Positions 53,200 to 64,000 of a stretch of 64,000 bases of DNA are shown here, piece by piece (within the stretch, counting starts at the first letter, position 1; the number at the start of each line of letters is the position of its first letter). The position numbers and the translations under genes are program-made. The DNA lies in the NCBI GenBank assembly GCA_951406725.2, contig OX597814.1, positions 62,000,001 through 62,064,000 on the forward strand. Reading direction: 5' to 3'. Source of the stretch: Octopus vulgaris (lineage: Eukaryota). Below the pieces are notes generated by a model. It ran no database searches and was not told where the DNA came from. It worked only from the letters and a program-made list of their open reading frames with translations.

Positions 53200-54910
53200 A
53201 ACCAGAATAAAATGAGTAATCTCTGATTTCTTATTATTTTCTCCCTACCTGTTTGAAATCATTACATTGTAAGTAATGCATCATCTTCAGTGGTAAAAAT
53301 TGGTCAGCATAGTCGTTGCTGTTAAAGTTGATAGTCTGAAAGTTAGTCAGGTGACAGGTACTTCTTTTATTTCAAGAAATTTTTTCTCAACTTTGATCCG
53401 ATTGCAGTTGAGGTTTCTAATAAAATATGTGGATAATTTTTAGTGTTTACCAATTGATATTCTTTTCTCTGTTGGATTTCAAGTCAGTTTTTTACCATAC
53501 ATGTCTAATCTGATAATTTTCAAGTTTCAAAAATGATGTCTAAAATGGGGTAAAATGAGTAATGTCTAATTTCAATTTTGTCTCTTTAACTGCATGGTGT
53601 GTAAATATATCATAGAGACACTTCAGCATATTGTGAAGAAGCTATAGAGAATATTTTATGTTGATTTTTTTTTTATTTACTCTTTTCAGTCATTTGACTG
53701 CGGCCATGCTGGAGCACCGCCTTTAGTCGAGCAAATCAACCCCGGGACTTATTCTTTGTAAGCCCAGTACTTATTCTATCGGTCTCTTTTGCCGAACCGC
53801 TAAGTGATGGGGACGTAAACACACCAGCATCAGTTGTCAAGCAATGCTAGGGGGACTAACATATACACACACACATATATATATATACATATATACGACA
53901 GGCTTCTTTCAGTTTCCGTCTACCAAATCCACTCACAAGGCATTGGTCGGCCCGGGGCTATAGCAGAAGACACTTGCCCAAGTGGTTGGTAAGCAAGCTA
54001 CTTACCACACTCCTGTGCCTATTTAGTCGAGTTTTCTTTATTTCATAGCATGTTCCATTTTTCCTTGATCCTCTTTCATCTGACCTAGATATTTAAAAAG
54101 ATTTTTTGCATTTCTGATCTTTCTTATGTCTAGGGATGGATATTGATGTGTATGAATTGATTTTCTGGAGAATTGAAACAGCAAATTTACTTTATATTGA
54201 CTTGCTCATTTTGCCCCAGCTAAATTTGTTTTTTATATGTTCAAGGAGAACAGCAATAATTTTTTGAAATAGTGATTATATCATGTTATACTGTTTTTAA
54301 TGCATTTAGAGAAGGTTATTTGCTTAGCTGATATAGTTTTTGTAAGATAGTGAACATTTAAAAAATATATTATCCTAAAATAAAAAATGCAGTAAAAACT
54401 CCTCATTGTGCCCAACCCACCCCTGTGTGTGTGTGTGTGTGTGTGTGTGTATTATAAAGCATTGTCTAATATATGTAAATGTTTACAAGGTATTGAGGTC
54501 AATGGTTAGTTCTTTTAGTTGGTTATTCAACATTTCAGTGTTAGAATCCTTCTTCAAGAAATCTTTGGAGAAAAGGTGTGTTGTTAGCTAACTTCTCCCT
54601 TTTGTTGTGTGTATGAAGGGTTGTTTTGTTATAGTAGCCAGTCAACTGTGTTCATATCTGTTAATATGTGGGTTGTATTTGTTAATTAGACAAGTACACA
54701 CATGGGTCATAGAATGCTTCAGCTTTATTATTATTATTATTTTATTGTCTTTTGTCTAAGTTTTTTCATCACACCTCCTGTGACCTCTTCAGCGACTCTT
54801 TATCCCACATGGCTCCTCTTAATGAACTAAGCAAAACAGGAGGAAACACATGAGATAAAGAGTCGCTGAAGATGTTACAGGATGTGTGACGAAAGAGCTT
54901 AGACAAAGGC
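53200..54910 (-). mobile_element. Decayed Penelope-like element 5' part with an inverted terminal repeat
   Basis: Minus-strand KQITFSKCIKNSI-like N-terminal remnant; inverted ~69-bp repeats at 54750-54818 and 54840-54908 with a CTGAAGA...GAAA core; interrupted by a SINE. Confidence 0.45.
53677..54020 (-). mobile_element. Young SINE family A copy
   Basis: Near-identical reverse complement of 40495-40880 with a short internal deletion. Confidence 0.92.
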
Positions 54911-55732
54911 TTCTATGCTAATGCTTCTTCTATCAAATATCACCTGTGGAAATGTCACATCCAAGACATCTAAGTTTACATTGAAGCTACAGAAACGTTG
55001 GGAACTTGAGGATGAAGAAGCTATTTTAACAAATACAATCAATGTATTGTCATGAATTCATTGTTACTCCAAGAGCCCCAACTAGTAAACATTCTTCAGA
55101 TAAATGTTCCAGTTAAACTTCTTTTAGTATTGACAACATTTCATCGAATATAAACACGCACGTTTGCATATGTAGAGGTGTATATGTATTTGTAAGTATG
55201 AATCTCTATGTATAAATGTGTGTGTGTGTGTGCACATTCTTAGGTGTACACGTTGGTTGTACTTGGAAATGTATAAAGCATTGCTACTTTAATAAGGTAA
55301 ATATGTTAGATAGTAATGAAAAGTTATTTCCCCTTGACTATGTGTGGCGTTTCAATTCTTTAAATGTTGGGAAAATACGATTATTTTCAGGTCCTTTGAC
55401 TATGGAGAAGTGTGGATGGGGCTGATGACACGTATAGGTTAACCTTGCAGGGATGCAAAAGGTTTTATTCTGTTGATGTAACTGGCTGGCAATGTTGAAT
55501 AGGTAATAAAGTGTTGCTCATTGGTGAGTGTGGGGGATTCACGAAACAACAAATCACAGATTGGTCACACTCAAAATCACGTGGACAGCTATCATATACA
55601 GTTGTACCTTGGTTTAATAGTATTCTATTTACCACCATTTAATTTCTTTTTTTTTTTTTTTTTCCACATATATCTCTAAGAAATATAATTTCATTATTTC
55701 CATTTTTTTGGGGGGCGGGGGTGTACTTTACT

Positions 55733-56822
55733 TTATCACCTCTGCCGTAGTGAAGGCAGAGGTATTGTTTTCAGTCATGTTTGTTTGTCCATGGACAAGA
55801 TATCACAAGAACTGCTGGATGGAGTCAGATAAAACTTTCAGGGATGTTTGGCCGCATGACAGGCATGAACTGATTAGGTTTTGAGATCGATCTAGTGCCA
55901 GACAAAGATTCTGGATTATTTGTTATATTTACTTTACTTTACATGAAGTATTACGGTCTTGTGTTGACTTTCAAGACTTTCTCTGATTATCCCCTTGGAA
56001 GCACGCTCATGGTTTCCAAAGTTTTAGTTTTGTTTCTCTAGTATTAATTTTACTCGCGTAGAAACTGATGGATAAACAAATCAAACTACATAAACAAACG
56101 GCAGCAAAACCGCTCAGAAATTAAATAACACTGATATATTCAGTAACAATAATAAATTTAATTTATCCTCGACAATTTTTAGTTTTACCAATTTTGAATA
56201 TATCACTCTTGTTTAAAACCTCTTACCTACTTGACAATTGCATTTCTAGCTCTGCCTTGAAGGAAGCTTTACTTCTTGGACTCATGTTAAATTTTTCACT
56301 ATAGACCTTAAAGGTTGTAAAGACACTATATCAGTGGGTAGACTGAAAAAGGCCTTCATAGAGAAAACTGTTCCCACTGCAGATGACACACAGCATTACA
56401 AACATGGCCCACACACCCACCTTCACATTCCATGATTACCATTGGGATCAATTAGGTACCTGACAAAGATTCTGGATTATTTTTCCAGTTTTTTTTACTT
56501 AATTTTTTGAGAGCGGTCAGGTTTATCTTTAGTATTCTTGTTTATGAGAGCAGTTGAGTTTATTTCAGATATACACATTTTAAAAATCATCTCCAGCTAA
56601 TCGTTAAGAGGGTGTTGCCTTGGCAGAGGTTTGTTTGTCCATGGACAAGATATCACAAGAACTGCTGGATGGATTCAGATGAAACTTTCAGGGATGTTTG
56701 ACCACATGACAGGCATGAACTGATTAGATTTTGGGATCGATCTAGTGCCAGACAAAGATTCTAGATTATTTGTTATACTTACTTTACTTTACATGAAGTA
56801 TTACTCTCTGAGTGCCCGTTTT
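55733..56822 (+). mobile_element. Helentron-associated (HINE/DINE-like) non-autonomous element with internal duplication
   Basis: 5' TTATCACCTCTGCC...GGCAGAGGT subterminal hairpin, GTTT repeats, 3' GGCAGAGGT and ACTCTCTGAGTGC; T-rich flanks; 176-bp direct repeat. Confidence 0.7.
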
Positions 56823-56917
56823 ATATTTATTTATTAAATATTCTTTAGATTAAATAAATAGTTTCCAACTGTTAAAGCACAAATGAGTAAGAAAGTTTAT
56901 TTCTCTGGAAATGAAAA

Positions 56918-56966
<49 letters not shown>

Positions 56967-57489
56967 TTGGTGTTTTCATCCAAAATAGAAATGAACACCA
57001 TTCCTCCATGTGATTGGCTTGAAAAATTTTTAAGATATTAAGATATTTTTCTTAACATTGAAACCAATGGCAGCCTTAATACACATATAAAGAAATTTTA
57101 TCCACCAATGCAGTGTTGAGCACCCATTCTTATCATTCAACATTTACATATATAAATATATATACACACTTTTTATTAGCTCTAGTTTTAATAAAAATAT
57201 ATCCTCTACAACATATACTGAGCACTTCTTTCTCACTTGTTCAACATTAAGCAATATATATATAGATATGACAATTATATTTTTATCCCCATTGACATAA
57301 ATGCTTGAATTTGGTTTGTAGTTTTTTATTGATAATAGCATTTAAAGTGTATATCTCACTTTAAGCAATTTTGACAAACTTGTGACTTATACAACCAATT
57401 TGTCATGTAAGCCATAGGACAGCTGGATGTATGTTTGTCTCTGTGTGTGTTGTGTATTTATTTAATTATTAATGCAAACAGTATAAAGC

Positions 57490-58310
57490 AAAGAAACACA
57501 CTATGAAGATTCTAGTGCTGTTCACAGATGACAATGCACTGTATATCCATTGCGCTGGATATATGCGGAAACTGACAAATAACTTTGCCAGAGCTGCACA
57601 ACAGTTCAGCCTAAAGATTAACATCAAAAATACTGAATGCCTTTACCAGCATGTGGAGAAACTACCTGCCCCTGTAATAGAACAAAACATCATTATTAGA
57701 CATGAAGGGCTGGTCTAGTGCAAGGTATTCAGATACTTAGGCAGCACTATCTCAGATAATGCATGTCTGGACCAGGAAACCACATACAAAATGAACAGAG
57801 CTTATGCCTTATTTAGCAAGTTGCAGGAGAAGCTGTGGGAAAATAGGTATAATTCTATATGGGCCAAACATAAGGTATACCAGGCTATAGTGCTTTCTTC
57901 CCTGCTGTATGGAGCTGAAACTGGGATAGTCTAATAAAGTTTAAGTAGACCAGTTACATATATGATGAGACAACTACGACAAATTATGAATATCATTGTT
58001 TGACAAGATCAGGAATAAAGTGATCCTCTGGTGTGCTGGTCTGCCTTCTCTGATGGAAATCCTCATTGATAGAAATTTACATTGGTTGGGACATGTTCAC
58101 AGGATGGACAACTCCTTTACTTCCAACTATGCAGTGAGGAAAGAAACCATGGAAAGACCGAGCCTAAGATTTAAAGGAACTGCAAAAAGGTGTATGAAAT
58201 GGAAAGGAATTGAATCATAATAAATGGTAAACTCAAGTGAAAATCCAACCAGTATGGAGAAAGCTTATCAAGTCATGTCAAAGCCATGAACAGTCATAAT
58301 CACAATGACT
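57490..58310 (+). mobile_element. 5'-truncated RTE/BovB-like LINE
   Basis: LFTDDNAL...FARAAQQFSLKINIKNTECLYQ, FRYLGSTIS, VYQAIVLSSLLYGAET, LHWLGHVHRMD, RPSLRFK. Confidence 0.85.
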
Positions 58311-58536
58311 GACTGTGCAACCAGTACAAACAAGGATATTATTATTATCTATTAGTGCAAAAACTGCTAGTGTAGTGGTGTCTAAACCAGAATCTGGTAA
58401 TATATCATTTCGTATGAATGGCTGAAAGTTTCTCATCTATCCCTAGAGTTCATTTAATTAACTTATCTGATAGTTTATCAACATTTGTTTTATATTATCA
58501 TTTATATTTCTCTCTTTTTTTGATACATGATACAGC

Positions 58537-58657
58537 ATGTCGAAAATATTTGAAACAGAATTGGAATTTTGTGAGGTATGTGGCTCGGTTTTGCCTTTAC
58601 CAGGTGAGACAATGTTTATTGAATGCAAAAGATGCCAAAACAAAATCAACGTGAAAG
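58537..58657 (+). CDS. POLR1H: POLR1H/ZNRD1 (RPA12) first coding exon, N-terminal zinc ribbon
   Basis: MSKIFETELEFCEVCGSVLPLPGETMFIECKRCQNKINVK (FCxxCGSVLPLPG signature); acceptor tacag|c 1 nt before the ATG; donor G|gtgaga, phase 1. Confidence 0.93.
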
Positions 58658-59474
58658 GTGAGATTTATTCAATTATATATTTGATATATTCTTATAAAAC
58701 TGGTTGAATTGGTAACAGTGTAGTGGGCAATATTTGGTGTGGTGCTTGGTAACTTTGTTTTATATATGCTGCCAGGATCAATCTTGCTTTTTATCCTTGG
58801 GGAGGCCAGTATAGTCAATTGCAGTCCCTCTCAAATTGGAACTTTGTAGCAATGTAAAACATTAACATTTCTTTAGGTCATTGCAATGAATCATTCTCAT
58901 AATTATTAATGGTCTAAAAAGTGAAACAACATGCTCTCTTAAAAGCACCAAGTCTTCTAAAGCGGAATACAAATGATGTGACATTCAGTGCCAAAAGAAG
59001 TTGTTTAGTGAAAAACAGCCAACAAATTCAAAAATAGATTTGATAAATATTTGGAGAACAATTTGAGACTCCAGTTAATCATTGAAAAGTTCACTACAAA
59101 CAAGTCTGGTTTTATGAGTTACATTTTTCAGTGACGTTTTTATGCAGATCCAATTAAATTTCCCCTATGGCTTTTGTTTCTCTTATTATTGTTGTACTTG
59201 TTTTTCTTCTTTTTATCATTAGGATGTAAGGACAATGGATAGCAGACCTGATAGGGCATCACTTAAAATAGCTTGTGTTATCTAATTACTTCTTTGTGTT
59301 CAAATTCCATTGAGGTTGGCTTTGCCTTTCATTCTTACTGGGTTGAAAAAATATGCTCCAGTCAGATATTGGGTCAATTAAAGTAATTACCTTCCTCCCC
59401 AAAATGTATGCCTTAGTGGCAAAGTTAAGAAAAATCATTATTATTAAGGTATGAGAAATCAATACTTACATTTG

Positions 59475-59760
59475 CCAGTGCCACATAAAATGCACTCGTG
59501 CCAGTGCCACATTATATGCTCTCATGCCAGTGTCACGTTATATGCACTTGTACCAGTACCACATAAATGAACCTGTGCTGGTGGCACATAAAAAGCACCC
59601 AGCACATTCTGTAAAGTGGTTGGCATTAGGAAGGGCATCGAGCCATAGAAACCATGCTAAAACAGACAATTTGAGTCTGAACAGTTCTCCGACTGGCAGG
59701 CGGCTCTTGTTAAACCATCCAACTCCTGCTAGCATAGAAAACAGAGGTTGAATGATGATG
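59475..59760 (+). mobile_element. Family C repeat with tandem gtgccacataaaatgcac units
   Basis: Four or five ~24-nt subrepeats, then gtggttggcattaggaagggcatc and a (GAT)n tail. Confidence 0.8.
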
Positions 59761-60213
59761 TCTGTGTATGTGTGAGAGAGAGAGAAAGGGAGGGAGAGAT
59801 TGTTGTCATGAACTGGAATAACAGTAAAGCAAAACATTTGTTTACCAGCATACAATAACTATTAACCCACTAATATACTGTCTGCCTGTTAGCTTAAAAA
59901 TTCCTACCCCATTGAATTAGGAAGCTGTATACCACCCCTACCAACACATCATTTTATGTTCTCTCATCTTGTCCCTGGCTAATTGAAAACAAAACAAAAA
60001 CATATACCATTCATAATTGGCATGGATTGAGCAACATCAGCAATACATTTCTTCATACATCTAACTTCTGTGGTTTTCTTTTGATAATGTAATTTTTATA
60101 ATTTTAATACCCATTACCTTAAAGAATTTTTCTGTAGAGAAATTAATTCTGTAGGTACAACATTGTGACTTTGATTGATTATTCCGTTTTGGTGTTTTAT
60201 TTTTTCTTTATAG

Positions 60214-60305
60214 AATTCCATGGTATTGAAAATCATTCATCTCACATTTTCAAATCTTATGATGCTAGCACAAATGATAAAGAAGAGGAGCTGTCTGGTC
60301 CCACG
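60214..60305 (+). CDS. POLR1H: POLR1H second coding exon (linker)
   Basis: ttatag|AA...ACG|gtaggt; 92 nt; (E)FHGIENHSSHIFKSYDASTNDKEEELSGPT; phases fit both neighbouring exons. Confidence 0.9.
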
Positions 60306-60744
60306 GTAGGTATATCATAGCAACTAGTCATTGTGAATGATTTGATAGCTGTTCTTTACATGGTGATTCCAAGAAGGAATACTCTGAAAAGATTTTCCAT
60401 GTTCATGGGATAAACTGAATTCAAACATTTCTCAGTAGATAATTTTGTACAACAGCAGAGTCTGTGGTACTTATTTAAGCATTGGGAGCTTATTTCTTTG
60501 TCCACCAAATACAGTCCAATCACAGTGTCAGGATATAAACAACTGACAGTCTCTCTTCTTTCTCATCATGGCTCCAAAGACTATGTATATAGGAATGTTT
60601 GTTTAATGTAACCTGAACCAACCAGTGGATATTCATTATTTTTGGTACCAAGAGTAACAAGGGATTGTTTGTGCTACTCAGAACAAATATCACACAAAGT
60701 ATTTTTTATTTGGAAGCATCTTTTTCTTGCACACTAATGTATGT

Positions 60745-60915
60745 TGATGAAAGATATACATATATATGGTGGGCTCTCATACATCTTCCCTCTACCAAAT
60801 TCATCTTATAAAGTGTTGATAAAATTGCAGCTATGGCAGAAGACACTTGCCCAAGGTACTGTGCAGTGGAATCAAAACTGGAACGACATGATTGCAAGGC
60901 AAACTTCTAAACCAC
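60745..60915 (-). mobile_element. SINE family A, decayed 5' half
   Basis: gaagacacttgcccaagg core on the + strand. Confidence 0.75.
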
Positions 60916-61037
60916 AATATTTTAATCTTTTGTTTTTCAGTATTTTAAACAATATCTTTGTCAGTTCTTTATGATGCTTTAATAATCTACAATAAAATTA
61001 TAGTTGTGTTGGAAATAAAATCAAGAATTTACAGGAA

Positions 61038-61365
61038 ATCATCTGTTTTTCATGCTGGCATGGGTTAGATGGTTTGACTGGGACTGATAAGCCAGGTTCC
61101 AATCTTGTTTTGACATGGTGTCTATGGCTAGATGCCTTTCCTAATGCCAGCCACTCCAAGAGTGTAGTGGATGCCTTTTGTGTGTCACCAGCACTGGTCA
61201 CAACTACAATTTCATTTGGCTTGATGTGTCTTAAGCACTGCAAATTGCTAAAAGTCTCAATCACTTGTCATCACCTCTGTGAAACTCAGCATCCAAAGTT
61301 CATGCTTTGCCACCTCGTCCCATGTCTTCCTGGTCTACCTCTTCCACAGGTTCTCTCCACATTAT
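61038..61365 (-). mobile_element. 3' end of an RTE LINE including family C sequence
   Basis: Reverse complement has cctgtggaag..gtagaccaggaagacatgg, as in the RTE at about 53123-53150, joined to the family C 3' region. Confidence 0.8.
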
Positions 61366-61799
61366 AAATTATGATAATTTATTAAATATTTTATTCTTAT
61401 TTTGATACAAATATCATACATTAATGGCAAGCTGGATCTTTGTTCTAGACTATATTCTTTGTTTAGTTGTTTCACTTCATTTGCTCTTTGTACATGTACT
61501 TTTAAGCCATGGCATAGCTGACTGCCCTAGATATACTATATGAAGACAGCTTTGGATGATGACATTATGTTAATTTATATTTCACTCTTCTTAAGATGTG
61601 TATTATAATGTTGTATTAAATTATTCATAAGTTGATTTTGCAACCCAAATCTTCAGCCCTGAATATTTAACAAGCTTATTTCAACTTTAGTTGGTCACAA
61701 CTAAATCTTCAAATCACAGGCCCACATCCAAAACCTAGTACTTCGCTTACTGGTTGGAATGTTGCCACTTTTATGGAACTATCTCTGAATGTAAATGTA

Positions 61800-63100
61800 C
61801 TCCACTCTTGGATACATCATCACAGTCATAACCCTTTAGATTTTTCTTTCCTCCAAATCCCCTAAATAGTTCACTTACAACAATGTTGCAACAATACAAG
61901 AACACTTGAAAGTAACTTCTTACCCCAACCAACTGCCTGTAAGATTACTATCTGGAAATGAAAAGATACTTTTGTCCATTCACATCCTGCAACTTCTCCC
62001 ATATTTGATCACTCTGATCCCTTGGCTAAGAAGATTTCTACTAACTACACAAATTCCTGTGCAGATAATACACTTCACACTTCCTTAATTTTTTGCATAC
62101 AAGTGTCATCCACATATAACATAGGCACCCAGTGCCTGATCTTCATTATTTTCATAAACAGATCCAAAAGTATCCTCATTGGGGACATGATAACCTAGTT
62201 ATCAACAGCATAAAGCACACTAGTTACATATATCAAGGTAGAATCTTGTATCTCACTTTCTCTTGTCATGAATAATAGACTTTCTACAAATGCACATTAT
62301 GCCCTCAAATGTATATAACATTACCAAAACTACATCCCTAACATGTGGTTTAAAATACTTCAGCCATGATTTGTTACTAACCTTCCAAGTTTGAATAAAG
62401 CCTTAAGAGTTTTGTTCATATATTTGGGTTGGTGTTGTTGCTACACACTATCAACCAAATACAAAATTGTCATTTGGTTGATAAAGTAATATGTTCACCA
62501 ACACACTCAGCATCTATCTCACAAATATATGGTGTCCTCTTTTTGCCTCTTCTATCATTAGTAGAATGGTTTCTGCTTCTAAACTAGTTGTCACACCCTT
62601 CCACACAAGACTCATCCAACACACTCACCACTTATCAACCCTCTTATTTCATCACCCAAGCCTCACCCTAGACACATCTGCCAGTCCTTCTTTAGAACTA
62701 TACTTTGGAATTCTCTCCTTGCTCGTGTTTTTTTCCAGATATCATACAGATGTTCCAACTAAACTACATTGACTTTACCAGTTTAGGCGAATTCACAAAA
62801 GTTATGGCCACAGTCTTTCCTCCTTTAACTAACCATAATACTTATATAAATCAGTAGTTTGCAACCATTTCATTATCAAGGACCCCTATTATTTAAACGG
62901 ATTTTCCCATGGGCTCCATGTTTCTTTCTATTCAACCAGCCAATTTTATTGACAAACTCATTTCCCTGTTTTCTCTCTTGATTGAAAGATGTATGTAACT
63001 GAATAATTATATGTAATAAAGTCATTGTACATTTTACACTGCAACCTTTTAAAATTTTGAACATACTCTGTAGACTTTAATGGACTTCTGGTTGGGTACT
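61800..63100 (-). mobile_element. Very decayed LINE-like remnant
   Basis: Minus strand VLYAVDN*VIMS resembles LLYADDLVIMS; C-rich + strand typical of an antisense RTE. Confidence 0.3.
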
Positions 63101-63249
63101 CCTAATTTAGACAGGTGCACACATGTATATAGGGTCTAAAATTTAGCAATATAAAATTCATTTTAAAAAGAGTTCCAATCTCTTGTGGTTTGAAGATGGA
63201 TTTTGCGATTTTATTAATTAAAGTTTGCTTATCTTTGTATGTGTTCTAG

Positions 63250-63359
63250 GTTGAACGCAAGTGTTCAAATTGTGGCTATGAAGAAATGATATTTAAAGCT
63301 CAACAGACAAGGTCAGCAGATGAAGGTCAAACTATATTTTATACATGCAAAGAATGCAG
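63250..63359 (+). CDS. POLR1H: POLR1H third coding exon, TFIIS-like C-terminal zinc ribbon
   Basis: ttctag|...AG|gtaagt; 110 nt; VERKCSNCGYEEMIFKAQQTRSADEGQTIFYTCKEC with the RSADEG acidic hairpin. The short final exon was not found in the window. Confidence 0.95.
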
Positions 63360-64000
63360 GTAAGTTGTCTGTTAAGTTATATCTATTCATCTCTCAAGTG
63401 CTCAGTCTTGTGTATTGTTATTTAACTTTTTAATGTCATTTCATTATCAGTTTGGTATCTACTTTTCCATGTTGATACAAGTTGAATAGATATGCAATAA
63501 AAGATGTTTCCATGTGTCTCAAGTCTGTTCTGTTTGTCCATAAATCTTTCATTTGAAAACTACCATTATCATGATCAACGTTTAATGTCCATTTTCCATG
63601 CTGGCATGGGTTGGGCGGCTTGAGGAGAACTGGCAAGGCCAGGGGCTGCACTAGTTTCCATAGTCTGTTTTGGTTTGTTTCTACAGCTGAATGCCATTCC
63701 TAATGCCAACCAATTTACAGAGTGTACTGAGTGCTTTTTACATGGCAACATTACCAGTTTTTTTATGTGATACCAGCACCTACACCAATATATATTTTTT
63801 TTTAAAGTCCTAAACTATTAGAAAAGAATGTTTACTAAATGTTTAGTGTTATAGTGTCAGAAAGAGTAGACTAAGTATCATCCTTATATGTTCAGGTTTC
63901 AAATCACATCAGGGTTGACTGCCTTTTATATTCTTGGAGCCTTTCATATACTGGAGTTGATTCAGTTAACTATGTCTACTAAATCCCTTATACATTTTTG

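Noticed and set aside
58418-58654. Listed 78-aa and 63-aa ORFs over the POLR1H exon
   Set aside because: Wrong frame or strand; the real frame starts at ATG 58537.
63896-64000. Possible last POLR1H exon (ttcag|G TTT CAA..., reading RFQITSGL...)
   Set aside because: RPA12 should end within a few acidic residues; this reads on without a stop and resembles a decayed SINE family B core. The true exon is probably downstream.

Overview
Eukaryotic, AT-rich, repeat-dense animal DNA. The SINE and LINE families recall those I know from octopus genomes, so the taxon is an inference. Two intron-containing housekeeping genes are arranged head to head. (1) The first five coding exons of PTPN23/HD-PTP (Bro1 domain) lie on the - strand; the ATG is at 39387, intron 1 is about 23.7 kb, and the gene runs off the left edge. 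(2) Three coding exons of POLR1H/ZNRD1 (RNA polymerase I subunit RPA12) lie on the + strand at 58537-63359, with a likely non-coding first exon near 50.2 kb and the last exon probably beyond the window. The rest is transposable elements: a full-length IR-DR Tc1 (DD34E), two mariners, pogo/Tigger-like and 8-bp-TSD MITEs (one nested pair), Helitron and Helentron-like pieces, RTE LINEs, Penelope-like remnants and many tRNA-derived SINEs, plus a 1.45 kb graded GA-rich minisatellite. Most notable: a 57-nt candidate poison exon in PTPN23 intron 3; PHD-type zinc fingers inside the RT of two RTE LINEs; an inverted pair of hammerhead-like Penelope ends; a CpG-retained domain of about 14 kb between two CpG-depleted gene bodies; a TCTCGCGAGA promoter palindrome; and several intronic hairpins. 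Exons were translated by hand and matched to orthologues from memory; no database search was run. Most supplied ORFs are spurious.
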